A stretch of 64,000 bases of DNA from an uncultured Bacteroidales bacterium (GTDB lineage Bacteria; Bacteroidota; Bacteroidia; Bacteroidales; GCA-2748055): NCBI GenBank assembly GCA_963764345.1, contig CAVXSF010000009.1, positions 451,116-515,115 of the forward strand. Reading direction: 5' to 3'. A program made the translations under genes and the position numbers. The notes under the pieces are model-generated. The model was given only the letters and a program-made list of their open reading frames with translations, was not told where the DNA came from and searched no databases. This document shows positions 30,732-39,811 of this stretch, one piece after another. Positions within the stretch are counted from its first letter, which is position 1; the number at the start of each line of letters is the position of its first letter.

Positions 30732-32795
30732 TTATATCCTGATACTGAGCCCTAAATACACGCTTCGGCCCGGCCGGTAATAGTTTCCCCAATCGAGGTG
30801 CTCGGAGTAGGCTTTGTTAAAAACATTTTCGACGCCAGCAGAAAATTTAAGCACAGAATCTTTGACTTTAATCTGTAGTCCTGATCTGAAATTCAGAATC
30901 ATGAATGCAGAGGAAGGAATCTCACCAAAATCACGGTTGATGCGGTTCTGGGCAGCTGAATATTCAGCTTCAGCCTGGATATAGTATTCCGGTTTTCGCC
31001 AGGTCACCGATAAAAGGTTTGTTAATGGCTGAATGAGAGGCAGTGGCTGGCCGTTATTCATTTCTCCATAATTATATTTTATCACATCCAAAAATTCGAA
31101 TACCGGTAGTGGTTTCCACATAGCCTGCATATTCGTAGAATAAATAATGGCGAATGGCAGGTTTACATATTGCTTTACCCCTGATGCATTCAGGGTGATG
31201 GCTTCATAGCCGGGTTTATAAGACCCGTAGATGTAGTCGAAAACCCGGTTAAAATAGTTTTCCCAGGAAAATTTAAACCGTTTTGCAGTATAATTCAGTA
31301 TCCCGGATACATGAACGGCTTTTTCGGTTCGTATGTCCGGATTCCCGATATAATCATATCCGTCCAGGGCATTAAAAAGATAAAAGCCAAACTGTTCTGA
31401 CAGTGTTGGCAACCGTTCACCATAACCAATACCTGTTTTCAGTTTCAGATATTTTTTAACCGTAAGGTCAAGGTTAAGGTTGGCTGAGGTCACGAATTTT
31501 CTGTAAATCTTTCCAATATTGTAATTGAGAGCGGTAAATTCCTGAATTCCCTGCCGTGATAAAATCTCTGATCGGCTATGATCAATCCTGACATCCAGAC
31601 CAAGAACCGTCCTTGTACCCGCCTGAAAACTATTTTTAAGGTAGAGACCGGTCACGTGCCGCTGGTTAAAAGGCCATGTTTCGGTGTGCATGGGAGGTTC
31701 TCCTGGATTTTCCGGATTATTCATACGCATATTCATTTCAGCCTGTGACCGGTTCAGATAATCTTCCACCTTAAAACTAAGCAGGTTCCTCTCCGACCAG
31801 ATGATCCTTCCCTCCACATATCCCCCGAACGTGTTGCTCCGGCCCGGCATTTTCATCCTCATATAAACACTGTCGCTCGCACCGGTATGGAGATCGCGAA
31901 TAAAATACAGGCTATCGCGGTGAGAATCATCCATCTGGTGATAAACCGTATTTGCATAAAGTTTAGCATTAAACCCGTTTATATTAAAGAATTTACCTTC
32001 AGGACTATAGCCGACCGAGTAGATTCTGCCCCGGGCATTGCTGACATCCATTGGCAGTGCCGGATAACCCACATCGGATGCATTATCGATAATCCAGTCG
32101 AAAGTTAGGTTCTGCCCTTTTACCGGAGAATAGACCAGGGACTGTTGCAGATTATTTTTTTTGAACTGTGAGAATGGGACAACCATGCCGTTCCCGTCGG
32201 TATAGGGTGAAAAATTTTTATAGACACCACTTAGCCGGTATGCCCAGGTATCCCTGCCATAATTAAAAAGCACGAAAGCAGTTTTCCCCTCTGCTGCTGT
32301 CTCGTAATTTGCCCCGGTTTCAAAAGAGACTTTTGATTTCACAGGCTTTTGAAGGATCATATTCAATGACCCGCCGATCGTACTCCCATTTTTATCCCCG
32401 TTGGAACCATGACTCAGTTCGATGCTCTTAAGGTTCGCCGGTTCAACATAGGAGGTTACCGGATCCATTTTCCCCGTGCAGGCCCCAAACATTTTCATTC
32501 CGTCGATCGTCACGTTAATCTGTCCGGCAGAGAAACTGTTCAGCATAGGTTCCATGGCATATTCTCCCCTGCTTATCAGTGAAACCCCTCCAAGCCTGGC
32601 GTTGATATCATCCATGCTCGAGGCATGGGAATTACGATAATAGTTAATCACCGTCTCATCATTCAGGGGTACCGACCGTGTCACCACCACCTCAGCAATT
32701 TTAACTGTATCGCCGAGAAAAACCGATTGGTATTGTGAAAAAACAATACTCCACGGTAAAAACAATATGAAAAACAGGCATACATTCCTTCTCAT
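30732..32795 (-). CDS. TonB-dependent receptor
   Basis: Signal peptide, plug domain (GGVSLISRGEYAMEPMLNSF..GQINVTIDGMKMFGAC) and a long beta-barrel region; 687 aa. Confidence 0.88.
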   Translation of the reverse strand: MRRNVCLFFILFLPWSIVFSQYQSVFLGDTVKIAEVVVTRSVPLNDETVINYYRNSHASSMDDINARLGGVSLISRGEYAMEPMLNSFSAGQINVTIDGMKMFGACTGKMDPVTSYVEPANLKSIELSHGSNGDKNGSTIGGSLNMILQKPVKSKVSFETGANYETAAEGKTAFVLFNYGRDTWAYRLSGVYKNFSPYTDGNGMVVPFSQFKKNNLQQSLVYSPVKGQNLTFDWIIDNASDVGYPALPMDVSNARGRIYSVGYSPEGKFFNINGFNAKLYANTVYHQMDDSHRDSLYFIRDLHTGASDSVYMRMKMPGRSNTFGGYVEGRIIWSERNLLSFKVEDYLNRSQAEMNMRMNNPENPGEPPMHTETWPFNQRHVTGLYLKNSFQAGTRTVLGLDVRIDHSRSEILSRQGIQEFTALNYNIGKIYRKFVTSANLNLDLTVKKYLKLKTGIGYGERLPTLSEQFGFYLFNALDGYDYIGNPDIRTEKAVHVSGILNYTAKRFKFSWENYFNRVFDYIYGSYKPGYEAITLNASGVKQYVNLPFAIIYSTNMQAMWKPLPVFEFLDVIKYNYGEMNNGQPLPLIQPLTNLLSVTWRKPEYYIQAEAEYSAAQNRINRDFGEIPSSAFMILNFRSGLQIKVKDSVLKFSAGVENVFNKAYSEHLDWGNYYRPGRSVYLGLSIRI

Positions 32796-32933
32796 AAGTA
32801 ACCAGTTTAAGCGTCAACCACTTTTTCAGGATGGCTGACAGGTAAGATATGAACCTGCCCACAGATGTAGCAGACTTTTCTATCTTATTCTATCGCCCCG
32901 AAGCCGGCCTATTCCTTTGATTGATCTGCCTGC

Positions 32934-33743
32934 TCAGAATGTAATATTGAACGACAGGGTATCTGATAAAAGCTGACCGTTTTGTTCAACGTTCAGATGA
33001 ATGCGCCACCACCCTGTCATGGTAAAATTAACCTTTCCCTTATAATGCCCGTTTCCCATATATACCGGTGAGACATTATTCGGGGAACTATGACCCATTG
33101 AGGGCATTTCGGGTTCAAACCCGACAGTGAGGTTCCCCGCTGCGGGAAAATTCATCATGTCCTGACGGTAATAAGCAGCCAGTTCGAAATCATTCATGCC
33201 TACAATCGGCTTTGAAGGTTCGAGGAGAGCAATAAAACAGGTCTTCCCGTCGACAGGTGAAATTGCATTGACTATCCGGGCTTCATCCAGATTTCTGACA
33301 ACAGGAATGGCCAGACTTACAGAATCGCCGTTCCCATTTGCGGCAATGGATATCCCAAGGCTCCAGTGTTCATCCGGATTGTCGGGCATAATGAAAACCA
33401 CGGCACCTTCAAAATAACCATCTGCATCCGTAGTCCCAACCGGGTTTTCCACAGGTGCCGCATGTTGCTTATTTACCATGTTCATCAGGGGAAACAGCTT
33501 CAGGGATGCTTCACTTACTTTCTGCCCGTTCGAATTTTCAGTCAGCATTAAGTATAGTTTATTGTATCCGGCAAACAAGGTGTCTTCTGCCAGAAGTTCA
33601 ACATGAAAATTCCCGTCTCTGGAATCTGCCTGAGATATGAGTACCATCGAATTTAAATCCTTAACCGGATGGTTATCATCTTTACTGCAGGAATAAATTG
33701 ACAGTACGATGCAAAGCACGCCCAACCATTTTAAATCATTCAT
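32934..33743 (-). CDS. lipoprotein with two YtkA/FixH-like Ig-fold domains and Met/His motifs
   Basis: Lipobox IYSC and two similar halves. The second half ends EPEMPSMGHSSPN...GHYKGKVNFTMTGWWRIHLNV, which matches the YtkA-like pattern as I recall it. Confidence 0.55.
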   Translation of the reverse strand: MNDLKWLGVLCIVLSIYSCSKDDNHPVKDLNSMVLISQADSRDGNFHVELLAEDTLFAGYNKLYLMLTENSNGQKVSEASLKLFPLMNMVNKQHAAPVENPVGTTDADGYFEGAVVFIMPDNPDEHWSLGISIAANGNGDSVSLAIPVVRNLDEARIVNAISPVDGKTCFIALLEPSKPIVGMNDFELAAYYRQDMMNFPAAGNLTVGFEPEMPSMGHSSPNNVSPVYMGNGHYKGKVNFTMTGWWRIHLNVEQNGQLLSDTLSFNITF

Positions 33744-33965
33744 TTTTTATATTTCTTTATAATTGTGACGACAAATGATCATAATTCGGATAAAAGATCT
33801 TTATTCCGGCACAAAAACGTATCATTGAGAATATCCTCCCGAAATAAATGAAGGAATAAAGACCAGGAAGTCACCGATCGGGCAATGATTATCAGCCACA
33901 CAGATTAATCCTGATAGATTGCTGAAAATAAGGCTCAACAGGTCACGGTGATTCAAAAAAAAGAA

Positions 33966-34364
33966 TTATGTTGTTTTGGGAGGATGAAAAATGCTGTCGA
34001 CGAGCCTGAAGAAGTAAAGGGGTTTGCAATAAACATGATGGGTTTTCAACTCAGACCTGATGATGATTCCTGTTTGCAAAACCGGCAAAGTATAAAGAAG
34101 AATATCCGTTTTTGTGGAAGGAGAAGGGTTTTTGTCCTTTTGATTTTCATGGTTGACCTCTTTAAGTCTTTTCTGAAGGTAACACCTGCCCATACAATGC
34201 GAATCGGGATTACCGCGGTTCACACAAATATTTTTGATGATATAATCTTTAAATGTATAATATTCCACCCAGGGCATGACCGGCTGAAAGACGAGTATGG
34301 TTGAAAACAGAGATGATATGACCAGGTTTTTCAGGGACATGTACAGATAACATGCTGAATACAA
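33966..34364 (-). CDS. small membrane protein with a conserved Cys motif (C-x9-C-x3-C), function unknown
   Basis: N-terminal TM helix, then YIIKNICVNRGNPDSHCMGRCYLQKRLKE. It is the first gene of the apparent operon with the lipoprotein and the TonB-dependent receptor. The start may be the ATG at 34340. Confidence 0.5.
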   Translation of the reverse strand: MYSACYLYMSLKNLVISSLFSTILVFQPVMPWVEYYTFKDYIIKNICVNRGNPDSHCMGRCYLQKRLKEVNHENQKDKNPSPSTKTDILLYTLPVLQTGIIIRSELKTHHVYCKPLYFFRLVDSIFHPPKTT

Positions 34365-34624
34365 TATTGTTCGATCCTTTAGAAGCCGTGATCAAACGTC
34401 ATTCCGGTCTCACCGGAATAAAAAAAGATAATGGTATTAATCCCTTCCCGATAAATAAACCCTGCATGAAAGGCTCTCATATATCCAAGGGGTCGACCCG
34501 GAGTGACGGAAAATTCCTGTTCACCGGTATTGTCTTTCTGCTTCAGTATTTTGAGTACCGATAAGCAAATGATGCGCCGATACAGACTTTTAGACAGTTA
34601 ACCGTAAAGTAAAAAAGGTTGTGA

Positions 34625-34869
34625 GCTTCAGTCGAAACAGGTCCAATAAAAGGATTACGAACCGGAAAGGTAAAATCCTGTCATTTCTTCATAGCTGCCG
34701 GAATCCTGGCATACTTCACGGAGGAAGAAATCGAACAGCTTTTCATTGACATGGCAGAAGCATTTCCTGGAAGCGAAATCGCATTTGCTGCCTACTCAAA
34801 CTTCATGGTAAAACGAAGCAACTTCAATGCAAAAAAAAGAAAGGGGGTTAATAATATCACAGCCGGTAC
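34625..34869 (+). pseudogene. remnant of a class I SAM-dependent (LCM/O-methyltransferase-like) methyltransferase
   Basis: The open frame reads FFIAAGILAYFTEEEIEQLFIDMAEAFPGSEIAFAAYSNFMVKRSN, the C-terminal third of such enzymes. There is no N-terminal SAM-binding part, and the frame runs into the convergent 959-aa gene. Confidence 0.4.
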
Positions 34870-37749
34870 TCACCTGTTCCGGTTTCCATATCCGCCCTGC
34901 CCCGGCTCCCCCTGCATGTTAAACCGTCTGAGATTATATGTGAACGACAACATCACATACTGTCGCAGTACCTGTGTTTTCGTGTCTTCTATATACAGCT
35001 CGGTTACATTCCTTGAGATGCTCTTGTTCTGGTTAAGGAGGTCGAATACTGACAATTTGATTTCCCCGAGTTTGTCCTTAAAGACTTTTTTCCCAATACC
35101 TATGTTCCATAACAAATAGCTTTCGTTGAAATTCTGCGACAGTCCTGAATAATACTGATGTAAAAGCTGGTTGCTGAAAGTAAGCCCTTTCCAGAAGATC
35201 AGGTTCAGATTGATCTCCGATTTTTGATAGAAATAGGTATTGTTCATCTCCTGCCGCACTGAGTTTTTTGCCAGGGAATAGTTGGATGCCGAAGAAACCG
35301 TGAAGTCCACATTTTCGCTGATATTACTGGCCAGTACCATCCCGAGGCTGAAATTGTGGTTATCGGTATAGCTTGTTACATTGTTTATAACGCCCGGGGA
35401 ACGGGTATAATTCCAGGAAGTGTTCAGGTTCAGGTTCGTCTTGATATGAGAGATCGGGATCCCATAGCTGGCGAATACCCTCATATTCCGGTACCCGTTG
35501 GCATTTACGGGTTTTACGAACTGAGTTCCGGGTTTAAGTTCGATGCCGTTTGCCAAAACAGTATCCCTGTCGGCCAGGAAGATACTGTTGACCACATAAT
35601 CCGAACCGAGGCCGCCACCGACCAGGATAAAGAACGCTGACGCTTTTGGAGTATTCACGGATGAATACCTTAGGAATACGGAATGCTGGTATGTCTGCTT
35701 CAGATCCGGATTTCCGGCCGACAATTGCACCGGGTTACTGTTGTCGATAACGTTCTGAAGCTGTGAGATGGAGGGGGAATTGGTTGAGGTGCGGTAAAAA
35801 AGCCTCAGGTTTTTTGATTTGCTGATATCATATCTCAGCATGGCCTGGGGAAGGATGCTGGTAAACGAATGCTTTATCTGATCCTCTGCCGGAAACTGTT
35901 CATCGCTTTTCAGTTGGGCTACCTGGTAGCTGACTCCGGCCATCAGGGAAAACTTGTCGTTTCTGTAACGGTAGTTTGTACCTGCTTCACCGGTTGAATA
36001 TTTGCTTTTGTATACACTTGAGAGTGCAGTATCCCTGAGGGAATAGTCTGAAGCACTTGCGTCAAAGTTGAACGTCTGTTTATCGGCGTCATTCCATGAT
36101 CCGGAATTCCCGGCCGTGATCATGAGCATACTTTTCTTTCCGAGAGGTTCGGTATATGCCAGCCTGGTGCTGTAAGAGGATCCGGATGTTGCACTACGGC
36201 TATACTGATCCAGTACCTCGCTTGAAGAAGTATCGGTGTAAAAAGTGCTTTGCGAATTCTGCCGGCTATGTCCCGAGTTATCATTCATCGATCCGTTGAT
36301 ATTCAATGAAAGACTCCGTCCCTGTTTGGCAAACCTGTGCCGGTACAACAGTTCATTCGAAAAGTTATACCCGCTGAAATCAGAATGCAGGGCATTATCT
36401 GTCTGGTTCAGCAATGTTGTGTCCTGGTAACTCCTGCTGGAAATCACGGATGCCGAATTATTCTTCTGAAAGCTGAGCCGGGGGATAAAAAGGATACTGT
36501 TTGATGAATCTATCGTATAGGTCAGCCTCATGTTCAGGCGATGGTTCAGGTTATCGGCCGAAGAATTGTTCTGTTCTGAATAATACGGTTTGCCGGTTTC
36601 AGTTGTAAAATAATTCTGAACGATTTCCTGGTCATTGGAATTCGAGGCATGATTTACGAAATAGCTGCCGGTAACATTGATCTTCTTTCCCCAGGTATCG
36701 GAATAGTTCAAACCAAGAGCCTGGGTTTGCGAAATACCCGGTTGTTGCCCAATCATGAAATTATTACGGCTGGCGAATCCTCCTGTCGCCATCCCGCCAC
36801 CGCCGCGATATCCGCCACCGCCTCTTCTGCCGCCGCCTCCTCCTCCACCCCTGAATCCTCCACCTCTCCGGCTTCCCCCGCTCATCATTCCCAGGATATC
36901 TTCCGTGGAGAAGTTTTGCTGGTTAATGTTATTGGCCATGCCGATCAGGCTGATACGATGAGTACCCTTAAAGAGATTAACACTTCCCCCGGCCATATAA
37001 CGGTTATCGGTACCATAGCCGGCATACAGTTTACCGAAGCTGCCGTTTCGCATCGACCTGCGGGTCACAATGTTCATCGTCTTAGTCGTCTCCCCGTCAT
37101 CAAAACCGGTGAACCTGGACTGATCGCTCTGCTCATCAAAAATCTGAATTTTCTCAACCACACTGGCAGGAAGACTTCGTAAGGCCAGGGTCGGATCCTG
37201 GTCGAAAAACGGCCGCCCGTCCACTGTTACTTTATTGACCTGTTCACCCTGGGCTTTTACGGTTCCGTTATCCACCTCAACACCCGGCATCTTTTTGACC
37301 AGGTCTTCCGCCTGTGCATCCGGATTGGTTTTATATGCATCCGAGTTGTACTCTACCGTGTCCCCATTTTGAACTGCGAGAGGTACTTTACCTGTTACAC
37401 TGACTTCACCGATCTCAGATGGTTTTTTTACCAGGAACAGGGTTCCGGTGTTCTGGGTCCCATTGTTTATGGTGACCGACTTTTCCAGTGTTTCATAACC
37501 CACGAAGGAAATGGATAAGACATAGGTCTGTCCGTTTTGAAGTCCGTTCAGTGTGAAAACCCCGTCCTTACCGGTGGTCGCAGCCTGTACCGCCTGCCCG
37601 CTCTGAGTTTTAACAACAATATTCGCTTCTTCCATGGGGGTGTTGTCGGAACGGTCAAGAATTTTCCCTGTCAGTGTCGGAGCCTGAGCGCAAATATTGA
37701 GCGACATAACCAACAAGGTCAGTGTTGCCAGAAAATCCGGTAGTTTCAT
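34870..37749 (-). CDS. large outer-membrane protein: CarboxypepD_reg domain + TonB-type plug + beta-barrel
   Basis: Signal peptide, a CarboxypepD_reg-like N-domain (GKILD...DGVFTLNGLQNGQTYVLSISFVGYE), a plug (MPGVEVDNGTVKAQGEQVNKVTVDGRPFF), a Gly/Arg tract and a ~600-aa beta-barrel. Confidence 0.85.
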   Translation of the reverse strand: MKLPDFLATLTLLVMSLNICAQAPTLTGKILDRSDNTPMEEANIVVKTQSGQAVQAATTGKDGVFTLNGLQNGQTYVLSISFVGYETLEKSVTINNGTQNTGTLFLVKKPSEIGEVSVTGKVPLAVQNGDTVEYNSDAYKTNPDAQAEDLVKKMPGVEVDNGTVKAQGEQVNKVTVDGRPFFDQDPTLALRSLPASVVEKIQIFDEQSDQSRFTGFDDGETTKTMNIVTRRSMRNGSFGKLYAGYGTDNRYMAGGSVNLFKGTHRISLIGMANNINQQNFSTEDILGMMSGGSRRGGGFRGGGGGGGRRGGGGYRGGGGMATGGFASRNNFMIGQQPGISQTQALGLNYSDTWGKKINVTGSYFVNHASNSNDQEIVQNYFTTETGKPYYSEQNNSSADNLNHRLNMRLTYTIDSSNSILFIPRLSFQKNNSASVISSRSYQDTTLLNQTDNALHSDFSGYNFSNELLYRHRFAKQGRSLSLNINGSMNDNSGHSRQNSQSTFYTDTSSSEVLDQYSRSATSGSSYSTRLAYTEPLGKKSMLMITAGNSGSWNDADKQTFNFDASASDYSLRDTALSSVYKSKYSTGEAGTNYRYRNDKFSLMAGVSYQVAQLKSDEQFPAEDQIKHSFTSILPQAMLRYDISKSKNLRLFYRTSTNSPSISQLQNVIDNSNPVQLSAGNPDLKQTYQHSVFLRYSSVNTPKASAFFILVGGGLGSDYVVNSIFLADRDTVLANGIELKPGTQFVKPVNANGYRNMRVFASYGIPISHIKTNLNLNTSWNYTRSPGVINNVTSYTDNHNFSLGMVLASNISENVDFTVSSASNYSLAKNSVRQEMNNTYFYQKSEINLNLIFWKGLTFSNQLLHQYYSGLSQNFNESYLLWNIGIGKKVFKDKLGEIKLSVFDLLNQNKSISRNVTELYIEDTKTQVLRQYVMLSFTYNLRRFNMQGEPGQGGYGNRNR
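36778..36882 (-). repeat. low-complexity Gly/Arg (RGG-like) coding tract inside the 959-aa outer-membrane protein
   Basis: Encodes SGGSRRGGGFRGGGGGGGRRGGGGYRGGGGMATGG. On the plus strand it appears as a GCC/TCC-rich run that creates proline-rich shadow ORFs. Confidence 0.9.
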
Positions 37750-37826
37750 AACTCGAGAGATTGGTTCTCTAACTTGAAAGATTTCCAGAAGAACGAATAT
37801 TTAGACAATCAGGATGACTCTATTAT

Positions 37827-38003
37827 TCAGATGAAAGATATTATTCTGAGCAAAGCCTGACTGCGGGGCAGCATTTTGCCTTCTTTGTCCCGGAAAGGCT
37901 TCGTCCTGCCAGGAGAGTTTATGAAAAGCAAAAGAACCATTATCATAAGCAGTCCGATTAATCCGCTTACCACGTAAAATAAAATTCGCAGGATTCTTTT
38001 CAT
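37827..38003 (-). pseudogene. N-terminal remnant (58 codons) of an alpha/beta-hydrolase-like gene
   Basis: MKRILRILFYVVSGLIGLLMIMVLLLFINSPGRTKPFRDKEGKMLPRS... matches the TM-anchored leader of Bacteroidota alpha/beta hydrolases, but it stops after 58 codons with no catalytic domain downstream. Confidence 0.35.
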
Positions 38004-38223
38004 TGAATAAGCTAGATGAAGTTGTTAAACGGAAAGGTGTTACTGTGCTAATTTATTCATTTCTTGTCACTTCGGCAATAACTCCGCCAAATAATAATCT
38101 TATCATTCCTGCTGCCCGACTTTTACAATGGATGGAGTGGATGCTTCAAATCTGTCAGGGTTAAAGTCCGTTTACAGGAACCTTTTTACAACCCAGTTGT
38201 TCTCCTGAACGAACACCTGATCA

Positions 38224-39138
38224 ATGAACAATAAAAATATGAAAAGAATTTTTACCAGTCTCCTGCTGATTTTCTTCATGTTTCCCACCTTTGCCTGCGA
38301 TATATGCGGCTGTAATTCCGGTAATTATTTCATAGGTCCGTTTCCTGAATTTAACCGGTATTTCGTGGGAACACGGTATTCATTCCAGAGCTACGGAACT
38401 GTCCTCAGCTCTGATCAGACCCAGTTCAGCAACGATCTCTACCAGACAACGGAACTGATGGCTGCGGCGATCATCAAAAGAAAGTGGCAGGTGATGATGT
38501 TTATGCCTTATCATTTCATCTATAGCAAATCGGATGATGGCACGCACCGGAACAACGGCCTGGGTGATATGACCCTGATGGGTAATTACAAATTGCTGGA
38601 TACGAGATATCTGAACAAGGATACGGTAACTGTCTTTCACCAGTTATGGATCGGTGCCGGCGTAAAATTACCCACGGGCAAATTTTCGGTTGACCCGGAA
38701 GAACTCGTAACATCAGCCAATCTGCAGCCCGGGAGTGGCAGTTTTAGCTATATGTTTAACCTGCTGTATGTTTTTCAGATTAAAAGCTGGGGGTTGAATT
38801 TCAGTTCAAATTACAGGATTAACCATGCTGCCGACAACTACAGGTTTGGCAACCGTCTGAATTTGACCTCCTTTGTTTTCCGGACTTTCCCTCTCGGGAA
38901 CATTTCTCTTAGCCCAAACATCGGCCTGCTGTATGAAAGCATGGCTGCAAACCGGAACGAAAACGTGAAAGTAGCCGACACCGGCGGAAGTGATGCTTTA
39001 ACGGCAGCAGGGATAGAAGTTAAGTACAGGAATACAGTATTCGGATGTAATGCCCAGGTTCCACTGGCTTCGGATCTTTCGAGCGGACAGACCAACCCCG
39101 GGATGCGGGCAATGTGCCATCTGTCATTTATGTTCTGA
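38224..39138 (+). CDS. putative outer-membrane beta-barrel protein with an N-terminal CDICGC motif
   Basis: A signal peptide ending PTFA is followed immediately by CDICGCNSGNYF. The remainder is alternating beta-strand-like sequence ending in F. Confidence 0.55.
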   Translation: MNNKNMKRIFTSLLLIFFMFPTFACDICGCNSGNYFIGPFPEFNRYFVGTRYSFQSYGTVLSSDQTQFSNDLYQTTELMAAAIIKRKWQVMMFMPYHFIYSKSDDGTHRNNGLGDMTLMGNYKLLDTRYLNKDTVTVFHQLWIGAGVKLPTGKFSVDPEELVTSANLQPGSGSFSYMFNLLYVFQIKSWGLNFSSNYRINHAADNYRFGNRLNLTSFVFRTFPLGNISLSPNIGLLYESMAANRNENVKVADTGGSDALTAAGIEVKYRNTVFGCNAQVPLASDLSSGQTNPGMRAMCHLSFMF

Positions 39139-39307
39139 CTTACCGGATCTGTGCAGGAACGGCCTTACCCCTGCCCCAGCCTTCGGCTTTACAATATTAC
39201 CTGCCGCCTGTTATACCTTTAAGGAGAGATAGCCATCAGATAAGCTGAAAAGTTCCTGATTCCCTCTTACCATTTTTCATACTATTTTGTTTCTATAGAA
39301 AAAACGT

Positions 39308-39811
39308 ATGAATTCCACCCAGCTCAGAACAATTCAGTCTCCCCTGAAACAACAATACAGGGAAGACCCGGCGTCAGCAGTGGTGATGCTCAGGGCAGAA
39401 GGGGAAACGGGCGAAGGCGTTACGTGCAGTATTGACACCGGGAAAGCACTGGTTAAGGCCGGACTTCATCAGGCCACAGGGGGTGACGGAAGTATGGTTT
39501 GTTCAGGCAACATGCTACTTGAAGCCCTGGCAGCCTGCGCCGGGGTCACCCTGAATGCCGTGGCTTCGGCTATGGAGATTGATATCGGCAATGCCAGGAT
39601 CGTAGCTGAGGGCGAACTCGATTTCAGGGGGACTCTTGGCGTTTCTAAAGAAGCACCGGTAGGATTCATGAATATTCACCTTACGTTTATTTTTAATACT
39701 GATATACCGGAAGATCAAATCGAAAAACTGATCGGGCGTACCGAACGCTATTGTGTGGTTCTTCAGACCCTGCGGAATCCGCCGTCTGTGTCTGTCGTCC
39801 ATTCATCCTGA
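39308..39811 (+). CDS. OsmC-family peroxiredoxin-like protein
   Basis: 167 aa with two conserved Cys contexts (GSMVCSGNMLLEALAAC and ERYCVV), typical of OsmC/Ohr. Confidence 0.8.
   Translation: MNSTQLRTIQSPLKQQYREDPASAVVMLRAEGETGEGVTCSIDTGKALVKAGLHQATGGDGSMVCSGNMLLEALAACAGVTLNAVASAMEIDIGNARIVAEGELDFRGTLGVSKEAPVGFMNIHLTFIFNTDIPEDQIEKLIGRTERYCVVLQTLRNPPSVSVVHSS

Noticed and set aside
36649-37182. Proline/alanine-rich ORFs (177 aa and 68 aa) on the plus strand
   Set aside because: They are the reverse-complement reading of the Gly/Arg (GGN/CGN) tract of the 959-aa outer-membrane gene, a compositional artefact.
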